Origin: Vicugna vicugna
Taxonomy: Eukaryota
Assembly: GCA_013265495.1 (NCBI GenBank)
Contig: MU058423.1
Location: forward strand, 6,734,939 to 6,798,938
DNA length: 64,000 bases
Direction of reading: 5' to 3'
The notes under the pieces are model-generated. The model had not been told where the DNA came from, did no database searches, and was given only the letters and a program-made list of their open reading frames with translations. The number at the start of each line of letters is the position of its first letter. The stretch's first letter is position 1. The position numbers and the translations under genes were made by a program. Shown in pieces: positions 51,231 to 63,589 of this stretch.

Positions 51231-51908
51231 TTTTCAAGGCCCTAGAGAATGTGTTTTAGAGCATACAGATGAATTCCAATCCCATGAATGGCTGGTTTTG
51301 AGTTTAAAACATTCTACTCACCACAACCAAGTTTAATGTAAATATTGGGCATCTGAACCCCAAATGGATAGTTGGTATATACTGAGGTATTGAGAGGTGA
51401 TGGAGAAGAGATGGACTATTTAATCGCCCTCGTAATACTGTACTTTAAGGGTGCCATTAAGCTCTGCAATCATATTTATCCCAGTTTTTCAATGTGAGGG
51501 TTACAGATCTAACTGTCCTGAGTCTGTGGAGACATACCTTTTCATAAATTCGCAAGGGAAGAGAAAATACTGTTTCATGATCAGTATTGGTGCATTGGCT
51601 TCTCCATTAAATTGTTTGCTAAACCTTGGAGTGTATTTAGGGCATGTTTTGAAATTAGTTGAGAAAAAAAGATACAGAATTTGGCATCCATGGGTTTTTA
51701 CATTTATGTATTTGATTTTTAAGCAAATTTGCCCTAAAATTTTTTATCTCTAGTGAATTTTAATTTAATTAGTACAAACTATGAAGCTAAAGTGTGGTAG
51801 TAGTCACTTACTAGTGAGTGAGCCTCGCCAACAACTTAGCATCTTTATTTCAGCAATGCCTCTCTGCTTTCCATTTTCATGAAATGATAAGAAAAAAATA
51901 ACTCAGGA

Positions 51909-51914
51909 GTGTGT

Positions 51915-51947
<33 letters not shown>
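51909..51947. repeat. Interrupted (GT)n microsatellite
   Basis: Seen directly. Confidence 0.9.
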
Positions 51948-51984
51948 CATGTACTATGTGAGGGAAAGAGAGAAAAAGGAAAAA

Positions 51985-52175
51985 TTCTTAATTTTAATGT
52001 CAAACTTATCAACCTTTTGCTTTAAAGCTACTTTTATCTTCATTTAAGAAATTCTCCCTTACCCTGAGATCATGAAGAGATTTCTCTCTTATTATTTCTT
52101 GAAAGTTTTGTAATTTTGCCTTCTACATTAAGTCATTAACTTCCCTGGAATTGATTTTTATGTATGGTAGGTATA
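51985..52175 (-). mobile_element. Old L1M ORF2 fragment
   Basis: tttaagaaattctcccttaccctgagatcatgaaga...ctggaattgatttttatgtatgg. Confidence 0.8.
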
Positions 52176-52179
52176 AAGT

Positions 52180-52500
52180 CATGATTCAAGAATCTTCTGT
52201 TTAATTGGTGGCTATTTGGAGAGGTTGATCCAAGAGAACACTGGGGCCTGTTGCTGTCCTGGAAATCTCTGCCACATAGCCACAGAACCCAGAATCACTC
52301 CCATTGGTACCTAGGCCAGAGTGGACAAATCTACTAGACGACATTAAATTATAGGCAGGACCTGGATAGACATGGGTTGAAGAGTCAGATTCCAGGAACT
52401 CCCAGTAAGCATGTCATGGTCTTTTCCTTGCAGTAATGTAGTCTCTAATTTTACAAAGCTGAATTTTCAGGCTGTACTAATGGTGTTATAATAGGCTTTT
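52180..52500 (-). mobile_element. Probable ERVL internal/LTR fragment
   Basis: gcaggacctggatagacatggg...gtcttttccttgcagtaatgtagtctctaattt loosely resembles the antisense 3' part of ERVL-int. Confidence 0.4.
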
Positions 52501-52509
52501 ACTGTATTT

Positions 52510-53985
52510 TCTATAGGATTGTTTCATCTATGCTCACTAATGAGGTTAGCTTATGATTTTTCTTTCCCATACTATTCTTGTCATTTATTGGTATTGAGAT
52601 TTTTCTATAATAATGATGATAATAATAAACACTTACAAAGTACACAAAACACTTATGTGTCAGACTTACCTGAAAGCATTTTGTATGCACTAACTTATTT
52701 AATCCTCTTAGCCACTTTATGAGATTGGTAGTATAATTATTACCATTTTATAGAGAAGAATAGTAATGCACACATCAGTTAAGTAACTTGCCCAGACAGG
52801 GGTAGAAGACAGTAGAGCCTGGAATTCCTTGTGAAAAATTGCAGTTATGCGTTCCTTTTATATTTGTGGGTTACAACTCTCAAGCTCTTCTTTCTTTGTG
52901 TGCAGGTTTATTACAGACTCAATGTATATACTGGTCAAAGGACTATTCAGAATTTCTTTCTTTTTGATCAGTTTTCTAGAAATGACCATTTCAAATATTT
53001 TAATAATATTTTTAATTTGTTTTATCTTTTCAATATCTATACCATCTGCAGTTATGTGCCCCCTCTCATTCTTAATATGTCATTTTACTATCTGTCATTT
53101 TCTTAATGAAGTTTTGGTAAATAGCCTATTTGTTATTAATTTTTCCATTGATGCCTGAGTTTTTTGACATGTGCTTATCAGTTTGCAAGTATATTAGATT
53201 TTTTGATTGTTGGCTTAAAAACTTAACTGCATTGTGAACCAAGATTATAAATCTTTAACAAGATTAAAATTTATTAAACCTTTATTCCTTGACAGATTGT
53301 CATCAAGTTTTGTAACCGTTCCTTGATTGTTAAAAAACAGTGTTTTCTTCAACTATTGGATGTAGGATTCTATATATGTCCACTATGTCAAACTTGTCTG
53401 TTGTGATTTTTGTACCTTTTTTATTCTTTTTTTTCCTGTTGAATATACAAGTAATGGCAAGAGATATGTTAAAGTCCCTTAATACGTCATTGGCTTACTC
53501 TGTTTTTCCTAATAGTTCTGTCAGGTTTTGTGCTCATACATTTTGTGGATGTGTTGTCTGGTATACTCAAGTTTGTAATTTTTGCTTCACTCTGGTAAAT
53601 TAAAATTTTTATCATGATGGAGTTTTCCTTTATATACATGTAGTGCTTTTTGCTTTGCAGTTTGTTTGTCTGATGTCAATACAGCTGCGCCTGCTTCACT
53701 TTTATAAGTATGAACTTGGTATATATTTTACCAGTTCTTTACTTTCAAACTTTCTGGGACCTTATGTTTTAGATGTAATTTTTCCAAGTTACATTTATAT
53801 CTAAATTTAGTTTTTTAATACATTGTGATGGATTTTGACTTGACTGTAGCATTTTATCCATTTTACTTTTTCTATAATCATTAATATTTCTTATTTCCAT
53901 TATTTTGTCCTTTTAATTTTTCCCAATTTTCCTTTCCTTTATTGTCTTTTCTTGCTTTTTGTGAATTGATTTATTTTTTATCTTT
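52510..53985 (-). mobile_element. Old L1ME ORF2 5' region
   Basis: ctattcagaatttctttc...cttaactgcattgtg...tgtctgatgtcaatacagctg...ctttactttcaaactttctg; contains a MIR at 52610-52830. Confidence 0.8.
52610..52830 (-). mobile_element. MIR SINE
   Basis: taacttatttaatcctc...ccattttatagagaagaa...gttaagtaacttgccca. Confidence 0.85.
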
Positions 53986-53994
53986 CCACATTGG

Positions 53995-55448
53995 TTTCTT
54001 GAGTAAATGGCCATAGATTCTCTTTGGGAATGGGTGAGTGCAATCAGAATACACTTGCATAGCATTTATGGATCCTTCCTCATGAGTACCTGAACTCTTC
54101 TACATTCATTGGATTCTGGGTCTGAGAAATGGTTCATATTTAGAGATTGAGCAAGGCTGATCATTTTACTAGAGAAGTTTCCACAGGCTCATGCCCTTCC
54201 ATATTGGTTGCATAAATTAGTCAGTATACTTTTTGGCTCCTCATCTATCTTGTCTCTTGGAATATCTGGTTTCCACTCAGACCTTCCTACTATTCATGAA
54301 AAATATGTTAATCTTGCTTCTGACACTAGTCAATATCACCTGGACTCTTCTTTCAAAATCCTATTATCTCTATTGATATTAGGATTCCAGATCTATAACA
54401 AGCCTGGCTGTACATGACAGCTACCACTGAGCTTCTCAACAATGGTGATGCCTTCTCACTTTTATCATTTCAGCAGGTGGGCTCTTTTATGGAACATAGA
54501 TGGTTGGTGAATTTCTGGTCTCATGCATTTTTATCCACTCTAGCATGCCAAATTTTCTTGAGCCTTTTGATCTCTTCTTCCACCATCTGCTATGGTAGTT
54601 CTAGTGTTTCTACATGACTTAGTGTGGGCCACCACTTCTTCCAAGCTTCCAAGAGCCATCTAAGCAGTACGTAAGCATAGTCTCTTTGAGTTCTTGCCCA
54701 AGTGTTTTATCCTGCATTTTACAAAATTGCTCCCATTTTTAAAATTTATGCTTTATTCAACTTTACATTTTGTCCTTGATCCAGCACACTCAGTATCTTT
54801 TACATATACTGATTTGTTCTATTCTTCCCTTAGCAAGCCTAGTACTTCGCCACCTGAGTAACTTGAACAAAATCATTGACCTAATAGGCAAAAGGAGAGA
54901 GGGGGTACAGATGCTCCTGTAGGTATGTGTTTTGCAAGACAAAGTTTTCTATATGATCTTGAATATGGACAATGCAAACCTCTCTTGAACTCTGCTACCC
55001 TTATATAATTAAGTTCTAGGCCTCATCCATGGCATTTTTCTCCATTCCCATGACAAATTAGAGGCTTTTTATATGATGCCAGCAAGACCCTCAATTCACA
55101 CTTTACTTTCAACTGGTAGTTAATACTGCTTAGCTTTTTATTGTCTTTCACTAGTGCAGCAGTATTGCCCAGATATACTCACCAGATTCTACAGTTTTTG
55201 TACTTAGTACTCCCACTGCACCTCTCAAACACCTGTAATACTGAAACAGCTGGTGCACCCCTTCATTTGGTATTGCTTCCCAGATCATCACGGGCAAAAA
55301 TGTTACAAGTGGCACTGATATGGCATAACGGGAGTCATCAGTTGTCGACTTACCACTGTGACGGTGTTCTCATTGCTAGCCAGCCAATGATGATCCATCT
55401 ATAAGCCTATTTTAGGATCTGCTTCTTAGGATTACTCCTCATATCAGT
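53995..55448 (-). mobile_element. ERVL internal sequence (leader/gag region) attached to LTR33
   Basis: gagtaaatggccatag and ggatccttcctcatgagtacctg...ggattctgggtctgagaaatggttca match antisense ERVL-int; on - strand the LTR end taagaca runs into actgatatgaggagtaatcctaagaagcaga. Confidence 0.72.
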
Positions 55449-56320
55449 TGTCTTATTTTTCTTTCTCAGGATACAGGCTCTGAAATGGAGATTGAACATG
55501 AGATATTTATTTTGGAGTGTGGTTTGTTATTTACTTCTACGTAATTAAAAAAAACAATGACTTAAGAAAACTGCCATTTTATTATATCTTATAATCATAT
55601 TATTTATTACAATCTTATAAGAGCTTAGCTAAGTGATTCTTCTGCTCCATAAGGAGTTGACAAGAGTCACTTAAGGGTATATTCACTTGGCAGCAGAACT
55701 TGTCTGCAGATCACTCACATGGCTGATGTCATGGCAGAGAGTGCTTCAAGACTATATCTAGTTGAATTCCTCTCTCTTTCCATATAATCGCAGGACCTCT
55801 TAAATTTTCCGGTCCTCTTACATACTAGGCCTACACTGGCAGTGTGTTCCTTTCATTGTAGTCTGCTGGTTAAAATAGTCATAGGACAGCACAGCTTCAA
55901 GGGGAAGAAATGTCAAAGAACTTGTGGCCACCTTTAGTCTGTCACAAATACTCTCAGGAACAAGGCACATTAGGGAAAGGGGAAGTAGAATTTGGCAGAG
56001 GGAGAAATTAAACTGCAATACATTTGCAGCAAAGGCCTCAATTAACCCCATGGGGAGTTCTGGAGCTTGAATGACCATTGGCAGTTGTCCTGAATTATGG
56101 CAGGGAGGTCAATTTGTGTATGGCTCCCATGGGCTGGTCGTTTGATATGGACCGTCCCTGAAGAGGGAAGGCATGTACTTTGGTTAAGAAAGCTCCCTTT
56201 GGCCTAGGACAATTCTCAAAGAGAAATTCAGTTGTGAGCTGTTATCAGCCAACACTTTGCCAACTGAGCACCACTGTTATGAAGGGGCCATCTGGGTGGT
56301 ACATCACAGCATCCATCGTG
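55449..56320 (-). mobile_element. LTR33 (ERVL), split by an MLT1 insertion
   Basis: caggctctgaaatggagatt...ggcagagggagaaattaaactgcaat...ccccatggggagttctggagct...gctgttatcagccaacact...atctgggtggtacatcacagcatcca. Confidence 0.88.
55518..55946 (-). mobile_element. MLT1 LTR nested in LTR33
   Basis: gcttagctaagtgattcttctgctcca...cactcacatggctg...gtcaaagaacttgtggccacctttagtctgtcaca. Confidence 0.8.
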
Positions 56321-56329
56321 TATGTCAGG

Positions 56330-58390
56330 AAATAAATTGAAAAGACCAACAACATTGTTATGGCCTAAATATGTGAATTAAAACCAGCAAATATCAATAG
56401 CATTGAAAATTAAAATTAAAAAGGAAACAGTTGAGATAAATACAATGTATGCATTTTATAAAAAAGATAAAGATTTTAAAGAAGAGGTGATTCAGTAAAG
56501 TATAATTAGTGTCTCTGAAGGCAGATCCCAATCAGTGAAGCAGAAGATGAGTTCTAAAGTATGTATCAAGATGAAATTAAGAAATAGTTCTGAAGATAAA
56601 AAGAGCACATAGTATGCAAGGAAATTTTGTCACAGGCTGCTGAACATAAAAACATATTCTTTTCAAACTTTTGCATTTCAAAAGTAAAAATAAAATTCTT
56701 TATTTCCTGTAAATGCGCATTTGAACTTTCTCATTTTCCTCCAATGTATCTTATAAAAACAAGGCAATTTTTTAAAAATCCTGCAATTTTCTCCTATATT
56801 AAAACTAGAAAAGAGACATGCCCCATAGATTTTTAAGTGTAAAGGCTGCTAAAGGCAACTAAGTTTGGCACAAAACTGAATGGACTGTAAGACAAAATGA
56901 GACACATAGGGGAAGGGAAGAAGCTAAATCTTCCAAGAGCAACAGGCCTCTGGAAAGGCTAACATGAAACAAGAGTTGTGGTATCTGGAGAGGACAAAGC
57001 AGAAACTGAAAGAACAAATGAGTCAAAGTGCAAGAAAGAAATGTATAGAATAGAATAATGGGTAAGTGGTGATATGTCTTAGAAAATCCAGTAAAAACAC
57101 ACTCTCTGGAGGAAACTACTTTAATAACTTGACAAAGAAAATCTAGTTTATTCCATAGTAAGAAGAATTGGAGCTTGCCCAGCGTTGACACAAAACTACT
57201 AGAAGAAATAGAGTGGGAAAGACTTTCCCAAAGTACACGTCACAGAATGAAAAAGAACAGATGAAAGTTCTGACCAAATACTTTATCATGAACTAAAAGG
57301 AAAAAAAAATAACTCTTCTATGAAGTAAAATCCCAAAGTGAAAACTCAGTGTTTTAGGGAAAATATAGTGAGAAAACAGGAAGTAGTGAAACTTCCTTTG
57401 GGAACTAAAGGAAACAGTAGGAAGAGCAACAAAAACAATAACAAAAATACCCCACAGAAATGAAGTCAAAATTGACAGCAGCACAAAGCAACATAGTCTT
57501 TGGGGATGATACAGAAAGAGATCTAGAGTATAGGATGAGGAAAATGACCAAAATAAGATAGAAATACAGTGGAGTTAAAAACAATTAAAGGGAATGGTTA
57601 GATACACAAGAAAGGCAAAGGAGATCAAATGCACATAATTGGAGTTCCCCAAGAAGAAAGCCAAAATAATGGAATGGAATATAGAAACATATAATTCAAG
57701 AAAACATTTCTGAAATAAAAGAAGGCTTGGATGTACATTTATGAAAAGACATGTCATATGCCAGGGCAACTTGAACCAGAATGGTCAATAATGACATACA
57801 TTTTGAAAGCATTGGTCCTTAAAGGTAAAGAATCTTTTGCAAATATAAAGCAAACTGTCAAGTCCCTTAGAAGAGAAAAAAACAAGTCAACCAGATTTCA
57901 TGTTTTCCTTATCAGTTTTCAGCATCATAAGACAATGGAGCAATATTTTTATGATAGGCAAAGGAAAATGTATATGCCAAAGATTGTATGTCCAGCCAAT
58001 TTCTGCTTCAAGTGAAAATTCAGCAGACAAATTGTTTTGAACACAAGCACTCAGGGATTATTGCTCACAAAAGTCCTTGTTGAAGAAGCTGCTTGCAGGT
58101 TCAATCAAACAAGGGGTAACTGGAAAGCAATGGCAAAGTCATGAATTTTGTTTACAGCCAAGACTAAAGGAAATGTGGAGCTGAGGGTGACAAACCAAGT
58201 ATAAACTTTATATGCCCTGAAAATGGAAAAGTGTGCACTACTTACACAAAATGAGACGGGAAAGGGGAAAGAAGATGAAAAGTAGAGCAAGTCTGTTACC
58301 ACTTCAGAAATACCTATGAGTCAAAGAATATTACTTCAAATTTATAAAATTAAGTAATAGATGAATAAGCATATTGATCACATAAGCGTA
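56330..58390 (+). mobile_element. HAL1 / L1M ORF1-like element (decayed)
   Basis: aaggagatcaaatgcacataattggagttccc...aattcaagaaaacatttctgaaataaaagaag...ccaaagattgtatgtccagccaatttctgcttcaagt...actcagggattattg; best supported from 57300 to 58100. Confidence 0.72.
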
Positions 58391-58399
58391 TACTGGATC

Positions 58400-59027
58400 A
58401 TCTGATGTTGAGCTGGCATCGCTGCTATTTTCTAAGTGTAAAAATTGTTTCCAAGCTTCTTCATTCTATGGGGTTTGGATGAAGAAATTGTACAGTTGGT
58501 CAAAGATAGGACCTCCTGAAAGGTCAAGAGTACAGAAAGGAAGGAAAAGCCATTTATTTTGGAAGGCCACGGTGGTCAGACATCAGGATGAAATACAAAC
58601 ATACGTGGTAGAACTTAAGCTTATTCTTATCCTCTTCCTGCTCTAACTCATGGTGTTTCCTAAACTGCTGGCTTCTGGACTGCTGCTTGGCCAGAGCTCA
58701 CCACCAGGGCCATGACTGCGCTCAGAGGCAGACTACCACATGACTACCACAGAGGCAGAGCAGTTTCCTTTGGCCTCTACAAACATGCCCACCGCTGACC
58801 ACACTGCAGACAGGTGTGCATGGATGCTTGGATTGTCTCACAAATTCAGACTTTTTCCTTTGTTCCAGAGCTTTAGGCAGTTTGGTGACTGTGTCTCTGA
58901 TCCTCCAGTTCCCCCTTTCCAGACCTTTACTTCCCTCACTTCTCTTACACTGTCATAAATTATAATTCCTATATTAAACCTCTTACTGACGTAACACTTA
59001 AAATGGCTCTGGTTTATGAACGATACA
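58400..59027 (+). mobile_element. ERVL-class LTR (family uncertain)
   Basis: Ends tctctgatcctccag...ctaattcc-like tatattaaacctctt...aatggctctggtttatgaacgataca, an ERVL-type U5 terminus. Confidence 0.55.
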
Positions 59028-59107
59028 AAAAGCGCATGATAAGCAAGGTAATTTTTTTCACTAACAAAAATAAACTAGGCAAATATATTTAAAAGAAAAG
59101 GTAGGGA

Positions 59108-60947
59108 GGGGAGAGCCAATGTGGCAGAGTAGAAGGATGCATAGTTCGCCCCCTCCCACAAATACGCCAAGAATTACATCTACAGACCTATGCATTCACA
59201 CAAAACACCTACTGAACTTTAGCAGAATATCTCTTAATTCAAAATATAAAAAGATTCCTTACAAAAACCAGTAGGAGGGGAAAAATAAAGAAAGAAAAAA
59301 GAAATTGGTGCATGTCCTGTCCTGCGGGGAGGGAGCAGCAAAGGAGGAAAAGCGCCCTCATACTGGAACCCACCCTCTATAGCAGGGAGGTCAGTGGGGA
59401 CAAAATGGGAGCTCCTGAGGTTTAGAGGAGAAAACAGTAGCCACTTGGCAGATAGGACTGAGAAAGACCAATACAAAGGGTCCCTGCGATCCCCAGCCCT
59501 AGACACGAGCTGGCAGGAGCGGGCTGGCTGCTGAAGCTCAGTGAAAAGCCCAGGGAGAAGGTTGGGGCCACCTGCATAGACACAGCCTCTGGGGGCTGGG
59601 ATGTGGTGTGGGCTGTGGCTGGGAGTGTGTGCAGAATAGGACAGCCTGAGACCCCCATAAAAAAGCAGCATGGCTGGTGCACATGGAGGGGACGGGTGCA
59701 GTGCAGCTGGGCCGTAGCTGCTGTCTCCACTACCCAGAGGGCTTGGGTGGCACCGTTGTTGGCACATTCTCCTGAGAAGAGAGGTGGAGCTCAGTTATAG
59801 CCATCATGATAGCTGGTATATGGCTCCCAGGTGGAGGTGGGGCTGAAATCTGAATCTATACCCAGGGACCCCACAACTTCATAGATGAGACTGAAATTTG
59901 TTCGCAGCCCCAGGCAGAGGAGGTGGATTTGCTCTGCTGGTGCCTTTGTGGACCCACACCTCTAAGATGAATGAGCAACGAGCAGAGTTCTGGCACATGG
60001 CAGAGGCAGATTTAGCATTTTGGGTGGGCCTGTGTACCCACCCTGGACAGGGGGCTTGGGTCTGTGCTGACTCCATAGCACACTGCTGGTCCAGGTGCGT
60101 GACTGCACACTTGCTATGGCAGGTCCTGGTGCCTGACATTGACGGATCTGCATTGCTGGCTGTGCGGGCATAGGACCTAGAGCACCAGAGCAGGTTGCTG
60201 ACATTCCCACAGCTGAGGCAGGGACAAGGGCAGTGTCAAAAAAGAATACCTTGTAAACCTGCAAAACAAATGACAGCACCACAAAGGGCACTTCCCAGTG
60301 GACCTCTCTAGAGGAGGACTACTCAGAGGCTTTTCTAGCTGAAGCACCCCAAACATGCCTGTCATACACCTCAGCTCAGAAACAGGTCTGGAAGCCCTTA
60401 TTCTAACAACAGGGGAGCAGACCCGACCCCTGTCAGGGCTTTGACAACCACGTAACAAAAAGGAGGCCCTGCTCAACAGCCAGGTAGGCTCTGGTCACCA
60501 CAACAGCAATCACACCCCCAATCAAAGGGATAAAGACAACACACTTGGAAGAAAGACATGGCAACCATCCATACTTAAAACAGCCCTTGCGACAAAATTA
60601 TTAGTCACACACTTTCTACACAGGAATGCTCTCAGTTTCAAAAAAATCAAACCAAACCAAACCAAACACCCCTTCAAGATCACAGAAGTTAACTGGTACT
60701 CCTAAATCCATAGAGCCAGGGAAATATAAGTAAAATGAAGAAGCAGAGGTACCACTCCCAATTAAAAAACAAGAGCAGTCCCCTGAAAGAACAAACAATG
60801 AAATAGACCTCTATAGTCTACCAGATCATGACTTCAGAAAGGGGGTGAGGAAAGCATTGAAAGAAACAAGACAGACTGAATAGAAATGTAACATACTGTA
60901 AAAAGGAAATAGAAACTATAAAGAGAAGCCAATTAAAATCAGAAAAC
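59108..60947 (+). mobile_element. L1 5' UTR plus start of ORF1, 3' portion missing
   Basis: Begins agccaatgtggcagagtagaagga (decayed AAGATGGCGGAGTAGAAGGA) after a TTT|AAAA site at 59088-59094; about 1.6 kb GC-rich UTR; explains the ORF cluster at 59234-60476. Confidence 0.92.
60735..60947 (+). pseudogene. Disrupted L1 ORF1p N-terminus
   Basis: MKKQRYHSQLK / QEQSPERTNNEIDLYSLPDHDFRKGVRKALKE / NRNVTYCKKEIETIKRSQLKSEN across two frameshifts. Confidence 0.88.
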
Positions 60948-60949
60948 TG

Positions 60950-61055
60950 TTATCCTGTCTTCTAAGTCACTTATTTTTGCCTCTGCATGATTTAGTCTGC
61001 TTTTGAGCTCAGCTCTTATTTCAGCCATTAAGTTTTCTGATTTTAATGACTGAAA
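60950..61055 (-). mobile_element. Old L1 ORF1 antisense fragment
   Basis: tgtcttctaagtcacttatttttgcctctgcatgatttagtctgctttt...ttatttcagccattaagtttt. Confidence 0.55.
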
Positions 61056-61149
61056 TAAGGTTTTTTGAGTACGTGATTGAAATGTAGAGGGAGTGAGCTG
61101 AAATTAAGGTCAATAAACTGAAGGTAAAGGCCACATGCTGTAGAGGAAA

Positions 61150-61330
61150 AGATCACAGATACTGATATATATCTCTTAATCTGCATGACCTTGGGAAAAT
61201 TACTTAACTCCTGTGGCTCTCAGTTTCCTAAAAAGTAAAGTGCTATTATGAGCATTTTTAAAAAGTACATATAAAGAGCCTACCAACAAGCCCAGCATGA
61301 AAGAATTCTGTTACTACATTATCCCATTGT
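61150..61330 (+). mobile_element. MIR fragment
   Basis: ctgcatgaccttgggaaaattacttaactcctgtggctctcagtttcct. Confidence 0.78.
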
Positions 61331-61394
61331 TTTATTTTATTATCATTTTTACTATTTTTTTGTTAAATAGATCATAGGCTTTGGGATTAATCAG

Positions 61395-61940
61395 ATTTTG
61401 AGTGCAGAGGGGTCAAGTCTGAAAGTTGTCATTGAACATACAGAGTCAATAACAAGAAGAATGATAGAATGAAGATTGCTAGATGGTGTCATTGGATAGC
61501 TTGGAGCAAAAGAAACCTGATACTTATACTCCAGTGAAATCAGAAATAAAATTTTAAATACAAATTTGTAACAAGAGAATTGCAACTTCTCTCTCTGCGT
61601 TTGTGCCTGGAAAAGAGTAAGATGAAGTATCATTCTATGAAAGAATTGGAAATCTAATGAAAAATATTTAAAGTAGAATGGAATTCTGGAAAGAAAAAAA
61701 TATAAAGGACTAAGGGAGCAGATGGTTAAGGAGAGAGGAAGATAGAGCAGTATAAACATGAAAAAATGGAAAAAAGAGAAAATCAGAGGGACACATCCTG
61801 GATGAGAGCAAGGGTGATAGGCATGGGATGAGAGCATGGTACCAAATCGACACCAAAGTAAAATTATTTACATGTGGTGCTGACCAATTCTTCTCTTGGT
61901 GGTAAAAAGTTGAGGATGCTAGAGACATAATCATGACACA
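61395..61940 (-). mobile_element. Probable L2 internal fragment
   Basis: Purine-rich block with gatgagagcaagggtgataggcatgggatgagag...aagttgaggatgctagagacataatcatg. Confidence 0.45.
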
Positions 61941-63589
61941 TATAAATGGTTGAGACTGATGATATAGAATATGTTAGATATTTTAAAATTATTTTAGAAA
62001 TATTAAGATGGCTAAATTCAAAGAACTAAAAATCACATTTTAAATATAAATGTGAGTTTCTCACACCAAAGTTTTATTTAATTACAGTGATCTCAAAAGA
62101 AAGATAATTAAAATTGTGTAGAAACTTGTATTTTCAGTAGAGTAACACATTTTTCTGAGATTTAAATTGGCTAGCTAGATTTTCTTACCAACCTTCATTT
62201 ACATTTAAAGAATACTGGTCATTTCAAAATCTTGGGCATATAAAAGTTGCATTTTAACTCTAGAATAATGTTTGAAAAAGAATGAAAATAATGGAAGCAT
62301 TGAAATGTGAGCTTTGTCAGTAGTACTTAAAACTTTAATTAGAAATGTAACCCAGAGCTGACAGATTTTCTTTGCAGCCTTGGAACAGCATGTAGGCAGC
62401 AGGCTGCATGTGGTTCAAACACATCTGGAGGCTTGCCCTTCGCCTGCCTGCTGCAGGGAGTCTTGATGACTGGCAGCTCCCAGGCATCAGAATGAAAATC
62501 GTAGACCATCTGGATGTGATAGTCACTTAGTAAAATCTCCACCATTTACATTATTCTTACAACATCATATTTAAGATATTTATTAGTAATTAGAACATAA
62601 TTTTTAAGACTTCTGGGATTATATAAATGAACCATAAAAAATGATTAAATTGTTCATTTGGAACTTATTTTTTAACTAAGTAGTTAGAGGCTTAAATAAA
62701 ATAGATTAATAGTGTCATCATACTTTATGGATTTAGTGTGTTAACTTAAAATGTTACTGCAACAATAACTTAATGCTCCTGAAAGAAGTATGCCCTGAAA
62801 TTTGACAGAGTAGTATTTACATCTTTCAAAATTGAGAAACTTTTTTTTTTTTTTTGGTCTCAGGAAGCCAGCAATTGGTTTAGGTTTCATGTAAATTGTC
62901 ATTTTCTGGGCTTGCAAGAGCCATAACATCTTGTAAACATCACTGTTCTGTACTGTCACAACAGAGAACAAAGAGAATTAGGATCAAACACAAAGTGACT
63001 TGATATTTGGCTCAAAAATAGCAACTCCCAAACACAAAACTTTCCTTAGTCCTTTTCAAAAGGTGTCTTAAGACTGGTCAGGACGAAGAGCATTTAGCCA
63101 ACAAGGGATTGGTTTTTTCCATTTTATAAAGACCCTAGGAATTTTCCCCAGTAACATAATCCATCTCATAAAACTCCACAAACAGTGCTGATTATCATGT
63201 CAGAAAAAGAAAAAAGTACATCCAAAAGAAGGAAAAAAGATCACACTATGGGAAGAAATAATCATTTAGTTCAACATTTCATGTATTCTTTCAGTTCATG
63301 CATATCTATGCAACTATCCAAAATTCTCTGAAAATATTTTGGATCAAGAAAGAAAGAGAAGATTATTCTCTGTTCTTTATTTACCCTTTTTCTAGTCAAA
63401 CCATTTAAAAAAAACCACTCCTACACAGATATACACCACACCCGCCATACAAGTGCCAGCCGTCATGCATCTTTCCTTTCTGTGGCTCACTCTAACTTCA
63501 CATTCCATGTGTTGGTTCAAAAAATAACAGAGTTCATAATCCCAAAGACTTCAAAAAAGTCCTCGGAGTTTTTTTCAAGCATTTTCAAA

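Noticed and set aside
59234..60476. Cluster of the longest ORFs (up to 177 aa) on both strands
   Set aside because: All lie in the GC-rich L1 5' UTR where stops are rare; no recognisable protein.
62932..62970. tgtaaacatc (miR-30-like 5' end) and a tgttct/agaaca pair
   Set aside because: No pre-miRNA hairpin or further miR-30 match; half-sites have the wrong orientation and spacing for a steroid response element.
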